Made by a program: the position numbers and the translations under genes. Shown in pieces: positions 37,530-50,200 of a DNA stretch of 64,000 nucleotides. The DNA comes from Vicugna vicugna (taxonomy: Eukaryota), in NCBI GenBank assembly GCA_013265495.1, contig MU058241.1, positions 434,001 to 498,000 on the forward strand. The letters are read 5' to 3'. Each line of letters starts with the position of its first letter. Positions within the stretch are counted from its first letter, which is position 1. The notes beneath the pieces were generated by a model. The model made no database searches. It was not told the DNA's origin and saw only the letters and a program-made list of their open reading frames with translations.

Positions 37530-37800
37530 ACTGGTCGTCTTCAAATACTTTAGAGGGCTTTCATCCAGAAGAGAGTAAGACCACGGGGTAGAATTTATGG
37601 TGAGGAAGAATCACAGCCAGTATGTGGGGGTAAGTTTCTAACAAACAGACTCTTTCATAGATAATGGAACAGTCTCTTTCAAAGACAGTTAGAGCCTCCT
37701 TACTATGTACGTTGAAGCGAAATTGAAATAAAACTTCTGATAGGCATTTGTAGAGCAGAGGCTAGCCCAAGTGAGCTGGATGATATCATCTCCCAGGCAG
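37530..37800 (+). mobile_element. L3/CR1 LINE 3' fragment
   Basis: GTCTTCAAATACTTAGAGGGCT...GAAGAG...TTTCTAACA...ATGGAAC resembles the CR1/L3 3' consensus. Confidence 0.6.
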
Positions 37801-40800
37801 ACTTTTCTGCTTCACAAATCCACTGAAGACCCTTTTGAAAACCCTGTTCTGAGTAAAATACACCTCCACTGATTGGCGCAGCTCCCTCAATGAAATGAGT
37901 TCATGAACCCCCTAACTGTGCATCTCCTAACCCTCAAAGAATTCTTCCAATTCTTAAATTCTATAATATAGAAATATTTTCAGTTGTTCAAAATCTACAT
38001 CCAAAGAGAATTCAAGACAGCCAATAATTATCAATCTACTGTTACATAGTACAAAATTTGAACATAGACATAGGCAATGTGCAATTACCTTGAGAACATT
38101 GTCTTCTAGGACTGTTAAACCAAAGATTGACAACATAGGTCAAAAACCATAATGCTGACAGCATTATGTTCTCATTTTCATAGATACTTTAGCATTAAAG
38201 GTAAACATTTAAATTCCTTAAAAATGGAATATATGTGAAATACAGCCACATTTGTATAAAAGCTATCTTGCATTGTAGCAACTAATTTCTGTTTAGGATT
38301 ATTCTAATGACTGACTTTACACTCAACTTCGAATCCTTTATGTTTCTAGCCACCTTCTCACCAAAGTATCATGTTGGATAATACTGACTTTTCCTGTCAT
38401 TGAGAAAATACTGTGATTTCCTATGTGGCTGAGATTTAAATCTAGAAATTTTAAGAAAGCCACACTAAGTACTAAGAAAATTCACAAATGAAAAATATCT
38501 TAATATTGTTATGGGCATTTATTATATATCCAAATCATATCATAGCATCAGAAATCATAATAACACCATTATACCCTGCAATTACATACTTCAGTGGTAG
38601 CTTATCTTGTGTTTACTGTAATTACACCATTTGACTAATTACAGCAATTATGCCACTTTGTGGCTGAATTCTTAGCTCTGAATTCCATTGATTGGGTGGA
38701 CTTTATAATTCCATGAGGTTTGGTGCCTTGAGTTTGGTGAATATAGGCTCGAATTTTGTAGTACTAGATTTTTCTTAACTTTCAGTGACAATTTTAAGGT
38801 TTGAGGATGAATACATTGTTTCAAACTAAACATTTTTTATTACTGTATCACACATCTGAAGGAGGACAGATCGTCTTTTTTCCTTCCCCAGGCAGTAATC
38901 TTATGCTGGGCTGTTGGATAAAGTCCTCGTCCTCCCAGCAGGGACCCACGTCTGTCATTTCCCGGAGCCAAATGGTGGGTTGGACTGGCAGGTTAAGTGA
39001 AATGAGAAGTCACTTTGGTAACTTAGTAAAAACAGTCAATTAGTCTTGATGCTTCTTCATTCCACTGATCGCTTGTTAAGCTAAATGGATTAAACTTTAA
39101 GTGTTCTCTTTCTTCTTTAGTCTTGTCTAGCCAGAATCTGAAGGCGGGTGGCCAGCAGTCACGAACGCATGTTGCTCATACAGCTTCAACTGCAAATTCC
39201 ATCCACAGATATTATCAGTTGCTTGTTTTCACACAAGGCACTGTGCCAGCTTCTGAGTATTTAAGACACACCCCCCATATTCAAAACGCTATGTATCAAA
39301 TGCTCTCCTCGGGTCCACTGGCATCATTTAGACCTCCCATGAAAATCACATTAAAGACGTTCTAATTCCATAATCAACTTCAGAGTTACCTGCCTGTTTA
39401 CCTTTGAGAAGAAGGAGGTGATATTTGGGTGGAGTCTGGTCTTCAGCCCCTCTCTTGGGTCACAGCGGCGGCAGGGGGAGGTGGAGTGAGCCTGGCCAGT
39501 ATTTTGAACACCTGAATCTGCAGTGTCAAAGCTCTTAGACTCTGGAAAACTCAAGAAAGTCCAAACTTCAATTTTCTCATATGCAATGAGGAAATTAAAA
39601 ACAGCCACTTCAAAGGACTTTTGTGAGGCTTGAGAGGATGAGAGCTCTTTGTAAACTATGTGGCACAGGAATGCATGGAGCTTTTGCCTGTTCAAGGGGA
39701 AACACTGAGTTTATGAAGGAGTTCACGCTCTTTTCCCTGAGTCAGACTTCTTAGAGATGATGCAGTTGGTTGCCCTGACATGAATGTCTGCAACTCTTCA
39801 GAGCATTTCTCATTAGAGTCATATACTGAAATACACAAAAGCTTTGAAACCGAAGGCTATGTAGAGTTGGGTGCTTTTTGTGAAATTTAGAACAACAAGA
39901 ATAACAAGAATTAGATGACCATGCAGGACTACTGGGAACTTCAAAGTGGATCTTAGAAAAAGTATCACATCTTTACCAGTAGTCAGAATTTTACAAACAA
40001 CCTGAGAACAAAACAGAATGTCACCCTATATCAACTTCAGTGTGTGGAATTTAGGTCGCAATTTCTATTTCCAAGTTCTGCTAAATCATTAATTATTAAT
40101 AAAGCAACTCAGTGTTATAATAAGATGAGAGAAAGAAACAGTAGCATAGAGCACACGTGTGTCATTTTAACTTGATGGTGGGGTATTAATAACAAATAAT
40201 AATGGACATTGGTCTTGCCCTCTTAAGAGCTCGTTTTTATTGGGTTGAGCTTTTACTCAGCTGTTGTAAGCATCCAAAACCCTTCTAGGGTTTCCAGGAG
40301 CAGTTCGAAGTGGCTTTATCTTTAGACTATGATCATTGTTTCCTGCCAGGTTTGTAAATGATAATTCCCAAATGACGATAATGATGGAAATAGGCCAGGT
40401 TGTTTTATGAGCCGTGGAACTGTGAATGAGCGAAAACCGAACATTGAAATGGCATTTCCTCTCATAGTTAAGCAAAACTTACTCTGGCTGCTCAGGAAGC
40501 CATCTGAACAAAGTCCGTGGGATAAAATGGGAAGGGTTACATTTTGCTTTGTAAATGTGCAGCCCGGCGCCAACGTCAGTGTGGGTAGTCAGTTCCCAGA
40601 ATGTCCACGCTGGAGGGCATCTTTGTGTTCACCTGCTCACCAGGACGACCATTTGAGTTTCCCTTCGTTAGGTGAGTCGGCACCTACCTACACACTTCTC
40701 GGAACACCTCGTGCTCTTGTGCTCGGTGGGTTGCCTTCCATTTCGGGGCTCGTTTCACCCCTTAAAATGGCTCCCAGAGCTGGACGGTACGTGTGCTCCT

Positions 40801-41460
40801 CAGACGCAGACTACCATTACCTTTCTTGCCGCCAAACGTGACGTTCCTGCAGGTGCAGCCTGAAAGTGCCTCTGCTGCCTGTGCATGGCACGTTACTGGC
40901 TTTCAGGGTGATTGAAGTCATCCCCCAAACGTATGCATGTGTTCTTTGTTCTGCATGACAGTGGCAAAATATCTGGACATGTCCCTTACTCTTCAGTTCT
41001 TTGAAACACGACAATCTTTGAATTATTTTGATCAAAAGTAGGGTGATTCTTTTTTTTCAGTAAGATTTTCATTTCTTGTTTTTTTGATCAGGGATCTAGA
41101 ATACCAGGTGTGAAATTTAGTCAGCCCAGGATTTGATTTGATTTGATTTACTAGCTAACTGTGGGACGTTTACATGCTTCCCATAACACATCTTTCATCT
41201 GAAAAACAGAGATAAATTAGTTTATGTGTTAAGCTGTTGTCATAAGAATAAAAGTGATAACAGATGCAAAATGCCTACTGAGGCACGAAGGACATAATAG
41301 TTACTTGATACAAGTTGCTGTAATTGCTTCTTGTTCAGTTAATCTACTGGGTTCCTTGAGAAAATCAAGTCCTTTACACCAATCTCTGCTCCTACCCTCT
41401 GTGATTTTCATTTACTTTTAATTTCATTGTTCTTTTCCTCTGAGTTCTTAGATAATCTCA

Positions 41461-41551
41461 TTTGTTTGTTTTTTGGTGGAGATACTGGGCATTGAACCCA
41501 GGACCCTGTGCATGCTAAGCATGCGCTCTACCACTAAGCTATACCCTCCCC
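41461..41551 (-). mobile_element. tRNA-Ala-derived SINE (camelid Vic-1-like)
   Basis: TACTGGGCATTGAACCCAGGACCCTGTGCATGCTAAGCATGCGCTCTACCACTAAGCTATACCCTCCCC; TTGTTTGTTTT on both sides is a possible target-site duplication. Confidence 0.88.
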
Positions 41552-41996
41552 CTTGTTTGTTTTCTGCTTGATTGATTTACGCTTTTCTCTATTTCAGTTT
41601 CAATCTTTTGCTATTCAGTGTAGGGGCTAATTCTGCCTTTGTAATTCTGCTCCTTTGAAAGCCATGCAGCCTGTATCTCTGAGCTTACTTTCCCTCCCAG
41701 CAGGCGTTTGGATTTCATTCTCATATGCTTTTTGTTTTCGTGTGTTTTCTCCTGGTGCTGTTCTTGCCTCTGTTTCACAGAAACCGTGACTTCTTGATTC
41801 CAGCACTAGAGGCAACATCTTTTCTTCCCTGTAATAAACATTCTTGCTACTCGGAGTTCCCATAGTTGAAGGCTTCATGTTCATCTGCTCTTTTCTGATC
41901 CTTGAGAAGCAATTCACGTCCAACCTTGCAATTTGTCAACAGTACCAAAGAATAGAGGTCCTGAGGTTTCCCTGCCCTACTCTGCCAAGGTGTGCA

Positions 41997-42193
41997 CCAG
42001 AGGCCAGCACATTTTTTTAATAAAGGACAAGAGAGTAAATGCTGTAGACTTTGTAGACCACATGGTCAACTCTGCTGTTGTGGAAAAGCAGCCTTAGACA
42101 GTATGTCAACAAATGGGCGTAGGGCGTTCCAATAAAACTACTTACAAAAGCAGGAGGCAGACCAGATGGGCTTGTAGTGTGCTGATCCCTGGT
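41997..42193. mobile_element. MER58A
   Basis: TAAAGGACAAGAGAGTAAATG...GCAGCCTTAGACAGTATGT...GTTCCAATAAAACT...GCTGATCCCTG. Confidence 0.8.
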
Positions 42194-42440
42194 CTAGACC
42201 GTCAACTCAGAGGGGAAGGACCATCTCTGTTGGGTTCACTTCTGTGTCCATAGAACGCAGCACGATGCCTGGCTCAGGAAGCATTCACTGACCTGCTAAC
42301 ATTATTTTATTATGAGCAACTGAAGGAGAGGAGAATGTCTCTTCCCCAATCCAGTTTCCTGCACCTAACATGCCTTCGTCAAGTGGGGTCTGCTGAAGCG
42401 TTTCAAGGTATGGCCTGCCTTTCTCCTTGTGGTTCTGGAC

Positions 42441-42860
42441 TGTGCTGGTTAATTTTTGGTGTCAACTTGACTAGGATTCAGTGACCAATTGTTTGGTCAA
42501 ACCCTAGTCTAGATATTGCTGTGGAGGTATTTTTTAGTTGTGATTAACATTAGCGATCGCTAGACTTTAAGTAAAGCAGATTGCCCTCCATAATGTCATG
42601 TGGGTCTCATCCGATCGGTTGGAGGCCTTCCTTAATGGCAAAGGCTGGGATTTCTCAAAGAAAGTCCTCCAGACTGCAATATAGAAATTCTGCCTGGGTT
42701 TCCAACCTTGGGACACAAGACTCATAGGCTGCAACACTGATACCTGTCTGAATGTCCAGTGTGCCAGCCTGCCCTACAAGTTTCTAATTTGCCAGTCCCC
42801 ACAATTTTATAAATGCGTATCTTATTGGTTCTGTTTCTCTGGAGAGTTCCAGCTAATCCA
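42441..42860 (+). mobile_element. ERVL solo LTR (MLT2C/D-like)
   Basis: TGTGCTGGTTAATTTTTGGTGTCAACTTGACTAGG start; GACTTTAAGTAAAGCAGATTGCCCTCCATAATG; TATTGGTTCTGTTTCTCTGGAGA end. Confidence 0.9.
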
Positions 42861-45799
42861 TGGGTTGATGGAGTATGTGAGACAGTATGGTTCCCGGCGG
42901 ACACTGACAAAGGCCTTCTCTTCTTTCCCCCTTCAGTCAGTGAAGTCAGGGCCACTAGGTGTGTGTGAGTTGTCGTGATTCTCCTTATCCCAGAGCTGCA
43001 GCCTCCCGGGAACACAGACAGACATCCCAGCAGTGCAGTATGGGTGGGGCTGGGGGAGGAAGGGAACCCCTGCTTCAGCACTGGCCCACGTGTGCCAGCG
43101 GGCAGCTTGCTGTACTTTACCTTCCCTTCCCGTCTCCTTCCCCCATCTTCACGGTCCCCTAGGAAGGCTGAGCTTCCCTCTAATTGCTGCGCCCAAGCAG
43201 AAGGACTCCCAGGGTCTTGAAGGAGCACCCCAGGGTTGGTTGTACGAGCCTTCTCTTTCCGTCTCTCCACCACGCTTGCTTGAGCTGGTCAGGTGTCCAT
43301 GCCCAGTGGTCCGACTTGTCCTCAGCTCAGGAGAGAGAACTGGGGATGCCACAGTCCTGGGCCATTTCTCCAATCCAGCTTTTACCAGAGACGCTTGAGC
43401 TCCAGGGATTACTGAACACTGGCTTGGCCACAGAAAACAGTACATTTTTGACTCCTATTTGGAAATCAGTTCCTTTAGAGAACCCTAAAGGGAAAGAAGA
43501 TCTAATATTCATGACAGCCTCCTGCAGTGTCCTCACCTGGAGTCAGGTAAACACCTCGTGTGCTTTTTTGGAACAACCCTGACCTCAGCCAGTGTAGCAC
43601 ATTCCGACCAGAACGTCCCTCTGGAGGACTGGATTGTGTACAAGTCCTTTTCTTCACCTTCACCATGTGTATCGTCATAACTGGCTTTGGTGGTCACTGT
43701 GTAAGGAACTGCTGAAGGAGTAGACGGATGGTTGGGAGACGGATAGTTCCAAGGGGATCTTTTTCTCTAATCACACAGTAATCAAGGACATGGTGGTACA
43801 TTTGCATTATTTACTTAAAATCTAACCAGGAATTAGCGTGGTGCTAAAAAATGGGCAGTTTCTTGAATATACTCATCATTCCCTTTTCGAAAACTGGGGC
43901 GTTTGCCTGGAGTGTGGAATTTCACCTGCTGTCTCTCATCCTCAAAATACAGTGATGGTGTTTCTGTGCTCATGTCTCAAGTCTTCTCAGTGTGCTGGGC
44001 TGTAGTCTGTCCAGGCATGGGCATAACTGATTTTAAACAATCGAACATTCTCTTGCGCTCACTCATAGTAGACTCTGGTTTCCTGTGAATCATGTCCACC
44101 CTGAAGACTTTTGGGCTACACATTCGGAACACAGTAATATTGAACTCAAAAGCTCTCTCTCTGCTTCATTCACCACTCTTTCATCTTGGCCCTAGGCACT
44201 GGATCTACACGTCCTTTGCTCCACATTTGGCTTCAAATATAGCTTTCAAAATCAGTTTCCTCTTAGAATTTTTGTCAAACCTGTGCGATGATTCCTAGGG
44301 TTTACCATCTGGTATATTATTTGGAGTGAGAAGCAGAAAAAAAAAAAGACCACTGTGAAAATGTATGATATGATTATGATTCAATGGATGGGGCGAAAAT
44401 ACCCTTTGTGTCTTCGCCACTCCCAACTCCTAGTGACGTCTCTCCTCCCCTCTCCGGCTCTGTCTTCTGGAGAGAAGCACCGCGTTCTTACTGAAAGGGT
44501 AAAGGGAATGGAAGAGCTCCCTCTGCCCACGCTCTCCCAGACGCAGCCTGAACACGCGGCATGACCTTCAGGCAGGCGTCTCACCGGTATCATTTCCTAG
44601 AAAACGTCTTATTAAGGCAGGTTTATCCAGATTACTCTTTAAATCGCTTGTAAGAACTTAATGTGGGGGGAAGAGAATCCAGACATTTACATGTGAACGG
44701 GCGTGGCTTCATTAGCACTTCCTAGGCTTGCCTCTTCTCCAGCCAGAGGAGTGGGACAGGCTTCCAGTGAAGTGGAAATCCCACTCTGTATTTGCAGGCT
44801 GCGTGAGCAGTCTTCTTTACTGCCTCCAAATTCCTCTCATTCGTCGGTGCTCACCCTCAAAGGTCCTACTCAGTGGTTTGCTAATGACGGGAAAGAAAGA
44901 GCATTTGCTACAAGGGAAATCTGTGCTTTTTCTCTTCAGGGAGATCGTGGAGGCAGCTTTTCATTGGATTCAATTCCCTGTGTGGGATACGGGGTGTCTA
45001 ATCTGTTAGACCCCGGGAGCTCCCAGAGGCATAGCTTGCTCATGCCTTTCTTGGCTGATCAATAACCTAAGTGCTGGAAATGGCATTTTGAGGGTGTGGA
45101 TAAATTGCATCGTATCGAACTGTCATATTTAATGCATAAACTTTTATTGAACACCTAGAGGTAAAAGGCCACATGCACTGTACTTTTACATAAACCGAAT
45201 CATACGATCTTCACAAATATCCTCAGGTATTATGACTACCATTGTATTTGGTACAGAGAGAGTATGAGACTTTCCGTGCAAAGTGCAGACATAAAATAGT
45301 GTATCAGGATGTAAACCAGCTCTTTCAATTCTATGCCTTGCCGTCTGGACCTGACGCCATGCCTGGAGAGATTTTCAAATCCAAATCCATTTGGGGAGAT
45401 GGAACCTACCTTTCTCAAAGGACATGATTCTATGAGTCCATCATGGCATACAAGGTCCAGTGAGAGACAGAGACCACCCAGGCCATGGGAAATGACAGGA
45501 TGGGGAAGCCAGAGTGGGCAGCAGTGGTTGAGAAAGCCTCCAGCGTATCTCCTTGCTACCTGGGCTGGTCTGCATTCCAAGTGAACATGCAGGCGTCCAC
45601 TCATGTGGGGAGACTGGAAGGGACATTTATTCTGGAGAAAAGTCCTCTGCCAACCCCTCATTCTGCTCAGACCACAAATTCTTTTTATTCAGAAAGCTTT
45701 TCTCCTGTTCTATAGTATACTTAAGGTTATCAACTATTTGTAACATAGCTTAATTTTACCTCTTCAGTCATAGCTAACTCAAGAATGCTTTTTGCAAGG

Positions 45800-46408
45800 T
45801 GGTAGACTTATTTTTCTCTTGCTGCCCAACCAGTGACCACACACGTAGGGCTTACAACAGCACCGATTACTGCGTCCCAGTGTCCCTGAGTCAGGATTCC
45901 AGGCACGGTTTGTTCGGGGTCCTCTGGTCAGAGCCCACCAGGTAGAAACCAAGGTGTTGGCTGGGCTACATTCCCTTCTCATGCTCAGGGCCCTCTTCTA
46001 AGTTCCGAAGGTTATTGGCCGACTAGATCTCCTTGCAGCTGTGTTCTGAAGGGTTGCTGCTTTCCTCCCGGCCATCTGCCGGGGCCACTCCCAGGTTGAG
46101 GAAGCTGCCTGCCGTTCCATGTTGTGCGGCCCCTGTGGGCACATCACAACATGGCTTTTGCTTCCTTCTTTGATTAGGACCATACCTGTTGCTGCTGCTT
46201 GTCCCTTCTAAGGCGTCATCTGAGTCAGTCGGCCTGTACACATGCTCTCCCTTTAGATTAACTCAGTTAATTGATTAGGGACCAGTCGTTGGAGTGAGGT
46301 CTTCCCCAGTCACTGGTTCTGCCCATGCTCATGGGGAGGGGGTGACACAGGGTGTCTACACCAAGGGGTGGGAATCTTGGGGTCCCTCTTGTCCTTCTGC
46401 CTATCACA
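45800..46408 (-). mobile_element. MaLR solo LTR (MLT1E-like)
   Basis: AAACCAAGGTGTTGGCTGGGCT, TCCTTGCAGCTGT, GGGTGGGAATCTTGGGG...TTCTGCCTATCACA. Confidence 0.8.
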
Positions 46409-46747
46409 GATGGAAAATAAGAGGGGAAAAGGACACAGGTCTCTGATGGGGTTGGGCAAAGGTTTCACCTTGCATGCCTAGAAGTGGCTGCCTGGAGAAG
46501 GATTATTAGACCCTACCAAGGCATCATAGGAAACAGGGCAGCCAGGACGAAAGGGAGTCATTTTCAGGGCCACCTTGCCTCTTGTGGTTGATCATAGCAG
46601 GTGTCAGTCATGAACTGTCACTCTAGAGGTGCCACAGGATTACTGCAAGAAGGAGATGAAGCTATATATGCATTGAAATTGTGTAACTGAATAAATAATC
46701 TGTTTTATGTTAAATTTGAATACTAACTTTTCAATGTTTAAGGTAAC

Positions 46748-47227
46748 GTACTAACCTTCTATGGCTGCTATAACAAATTACTACAAATTTAGTGGCTTAA
46801 AGCAACATCGGTGTATTACCTTCCAGTCCTAGGGATCAGAAGTCCAAAATGGTCCTCATTGGGCTAAAACCAAGGTGTCAGCAGAGTTAGTTCCTTCTGG
46901 GGAGAACCTTTTCTAGCTTCTAGAGACCACCTCCATTTCTTGGCCCCGGCCCCTTCTTCTGTCATCAGAGTGTATCCCTTCAAACTCTGCCTCTGCCACC
47001 ACCTTCTCTTTTGACTTTGGTTCTCCTGCCTCCATCTTATAAGGACCCTTGTGGTTACGTTGCATTGCCTCAGATAACCCAGGAAAATCACCCTCACCTA
47101 ATGTCAACTGATTATGAACTTTAGTCACATCTACAGAATGTGCTCGCTGCAACACGTCCATTAGTGATTGGTTGGATAACTGGGAATTGTAGCCTAGCTA
47201 AGTTGACACGTAACACTGACCATTACA
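46748..47227 (-). mobile_element. LTR with MLT2-type 5' part and MLT1D-type 3' part
   Basis: Revcomp begins TGTAATGGTCAGTGTTACGTGTCAACTTAGCTAGGCTAC (MLT2-like); 46750-47080 has MLT1D motifs (GCTGCTATAACAAATTACTACAAATTTAGTGGCTTAAA, ATAAGGACCCTTGTGGTTAC). Confidence 0.8.
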
Positions 47228-50200
47228 GATGGGATGAATAAAATATAAACGTATTTGAAAGCATCACTAAATTGTAAAAAATAATGTAGTTCACCAGTCA
47301 TGACTCATATCTGTTGTAACAGGGAAGAGTCCTTGAAATCTTTTGAAGCTGTACAACTGTCTCCGCGAAGAATGGGGCACTGACTGGCGACGGAACGCAT
47401 CTCTTGGGAAGGCAGATGCGCCTTGGATCCTAGCGCTGAGCATCAGGGCACTGGGTGCTCACCCACCCACACCCAAAAGTGAGTAGAAGAGAGAAGGGCA
47501 AACACGGATGGGAGGCTGCTTGGACAAATTTCACCTGACTCCTAATCCTGTAGAAGTTGGTCTTCACCTCTGTAGCCTTAGCCTACTTTGCACTGATTCT
47601 TTCTGCTTGTTTTGGTCGTGGCTCAAAATGAAATGCGAGGCTGTCATCAGAAATTTAGTACATTAGCATTCAGTGTCTTCAGAAATTTGCTGCCTGAAAA
47701 TAACAGGGAGAGCCATGACAACAATGTTTTTTTTTTCTCTCTCCCCTTTACAGAGCAATTAAATGTGATGAATATGTTATACACAATGGTGAATGTTGGA
47801 ATTAATAAGCTGAAATGTCAATGCAGGGCTATTTGTATACTTGACATCTAATAATTACATCATTTATCATGAAAAAAATCTGGCAATCTTAAATAGAGAG
47901 CATTTATAATTAATTTTCTTGCCCTAGAAAGTCCAATTCATTCCACAGTTAAAAAGAGTCAGCGTTAATTTCTTCTCTATCAGCCGTGGGCCACAAGTTA
48001 ATGTATTAAAATCAGAACATTTACAATAACAGACTAATTAAATTATTTCCTCTACTGTAGTGGAAAAATGCATGGTTCTTACGCTGATAATCAGTCACTA
48101 CAATAAATGCCATTTAATTCTCCTTGAAAGTCAAGTTCTTCCCAGTGGCAATTTTAAACTGTCAAGTGGCCTGAGAAATTCAGTTTGCTAGAGTAATAAA
48201 GAATATTGATTTTTGCATATCATTATTGTTAATATAGTTTAAATGAGACTGAAAGGGAACTCATTAAAACAGTATTTTTCAGGAGATGCGTTTGAGTCAT
48301 CAGATAAATGAAGCAAGAGGAAATTATCTTAATTCTATTGAATGAGCACAGATTTTGAAATGTTTGTGCTGATGCACTTTCTATAGTAAATATAATTCGG
48401 TAAAGAAAATACATATTTTTAAATAGAAGCACAGGGCATCTCATGATGGCTTCATACTTGCCGGCAGGACTTGGATCACTAGGAGCCATAGCAGAGATGT
48501 GAGGCTATCCGTTTGGAATGTCCAGAAATATGGCACAAGGAAATAAGCTGACAACCATAGGTGTTCTGAGAACATAAGCAAGAGCAAAATGACAGAGGTG
48601 GTAGCCGTGTGTTCTAAAATATAAGAAAATTTTTGTGTGTTCTAGACGTGTGAGAAGAAAGTGAGTGTGGACATAGGCTGATCTGGGGCACAACATGACA
48701 ATAATGAAAATGACATAATGGCCCCTTTGATTTCAGGGTCCCCCAAAGGAAGGAGAAAGTCAGGATTCTCTTTGGTGTCTCTAGGTTAAGCTTCAGAGGC
48801 TGTCAGGTTATCTCATCCACTCTCTGGTAGAAAAGGAATCTTCCAGACAATTTTGTGTCTACACTAAAAACATTTCCTTAATGAGAAACATGAGGCTCAC
48901 ACAGGGAAGATGGCCTTCTTGACGTGGCCAGTACTGACCAAATGGCCTGGCGTGTGTAGGTGCTCCGTGTCTATAGCTGCCATAATTGTCATGTCTTCCA
49001 CGGCTCATTATTTATCAGTGTCATCTGGTAGGCCAGCGACTTCTCATGTGATGTCCTTCTTACGTTGCAACAGCTCTGTGAAGTTGGCATTGTCATTAAA
49101 GTGTCCCCGGTAGGGAGGGTGACATTCAGTAGTGCGCACGAGGGTCAGAGAAGCTGACGCCTGGCAAAGCTGGGATGCGCGTCCATCCACTTTTCTCCAG
49201 TTCCGGGCTTGACACCCCCGGGTGCCGGCTTGGTGCGCTGGGTGCAGCGATGAGAGAGGCACTCCTTCCTGCATTCAAGGGATTTCACAGCGTAGAAAGC
49301 CTGGGGCTGCCTGACTTTCTCTTACAGGTGTTGAAGAGTCTATGTGTGTAAGGAATGAGGGGGAGGAGGAGGAGGGGAAGGAAAAACTGAAGAAGGAGGG
49401 TTAGAATTAAAAGCAAAATAGAATTAGTAGAAGAAGGGTGGGGGGACATGAACTCATGGCAGGAGAGACCTTACTAACACTAAGAAATGACCTCTTACTT
49501 TGAGTGTCAGTAAAGGTCTTAAAGGAAACTCCTAAAGGAAGATGTGCAGTTTTTAGTACCTTGAAGATCCCCAGTGAGACAGAAGGACTTTAATTCTCAT
49601 GGAGTATTTCCTATAGGCAGAGATGTTACTTAAGCATCAAATTTAATCCTTCTAACCCTGTAAGACAACTGTCCTTATTCCATTTTCCACTTGGAAAATA
49701 ACTTGCCTTGAAAAGAGGTGAATTCAATCTGCAGAGCCAAGCTTTGAACCCAGTGAAGACACAGACATTGGCACTCCAGGGCAGGGGCTCTGGGGCCAAT
49801 CAGGATGAGTCTGCAGTTGGAGCTGAAACTATGGCCTGGAGTCTCTCTCCAGTCCCCAAGGGCATGTCCTGAAGAGTTGGAAGGGACAGCCATGGATTAC
49901 AGTCTGTCCTTCACTTCCCCACCACCAATTTGCTGCCAACACTCAGAGACTCTGGGGTGTCTGGGAATTCACCTCTTCTCCACCCACAGATGACCCTCAG
50001 CTGGTGCCTTACAGCTCAGGGAGCGGAGCAATGGGACGGCATCCTGCCCATCTGTGGAAGCCCGAGTGGCAGATATCACGCAGAGGACCCAAGTGACACT
50101 CTTAGAGAGGGGTCGCAGAGCACTGGGGGAGGGGTCCAGATGCTGGTCTTCAGAGCAAGGACCCTCAAGAGTCATAAAAGGGGGCTCTAAGAAGACAGCT

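Noticed and set aside
49328..49347. Possible 20-nt micro-exon (CTTACAG|GTGTTGAAGAGTCTATGTGT|GTAAGG)
   Set aside because: Short pyrimidine tract, the apparent branch point is too close to the AG, and the donor exon side is weak. No recognisable peptide.
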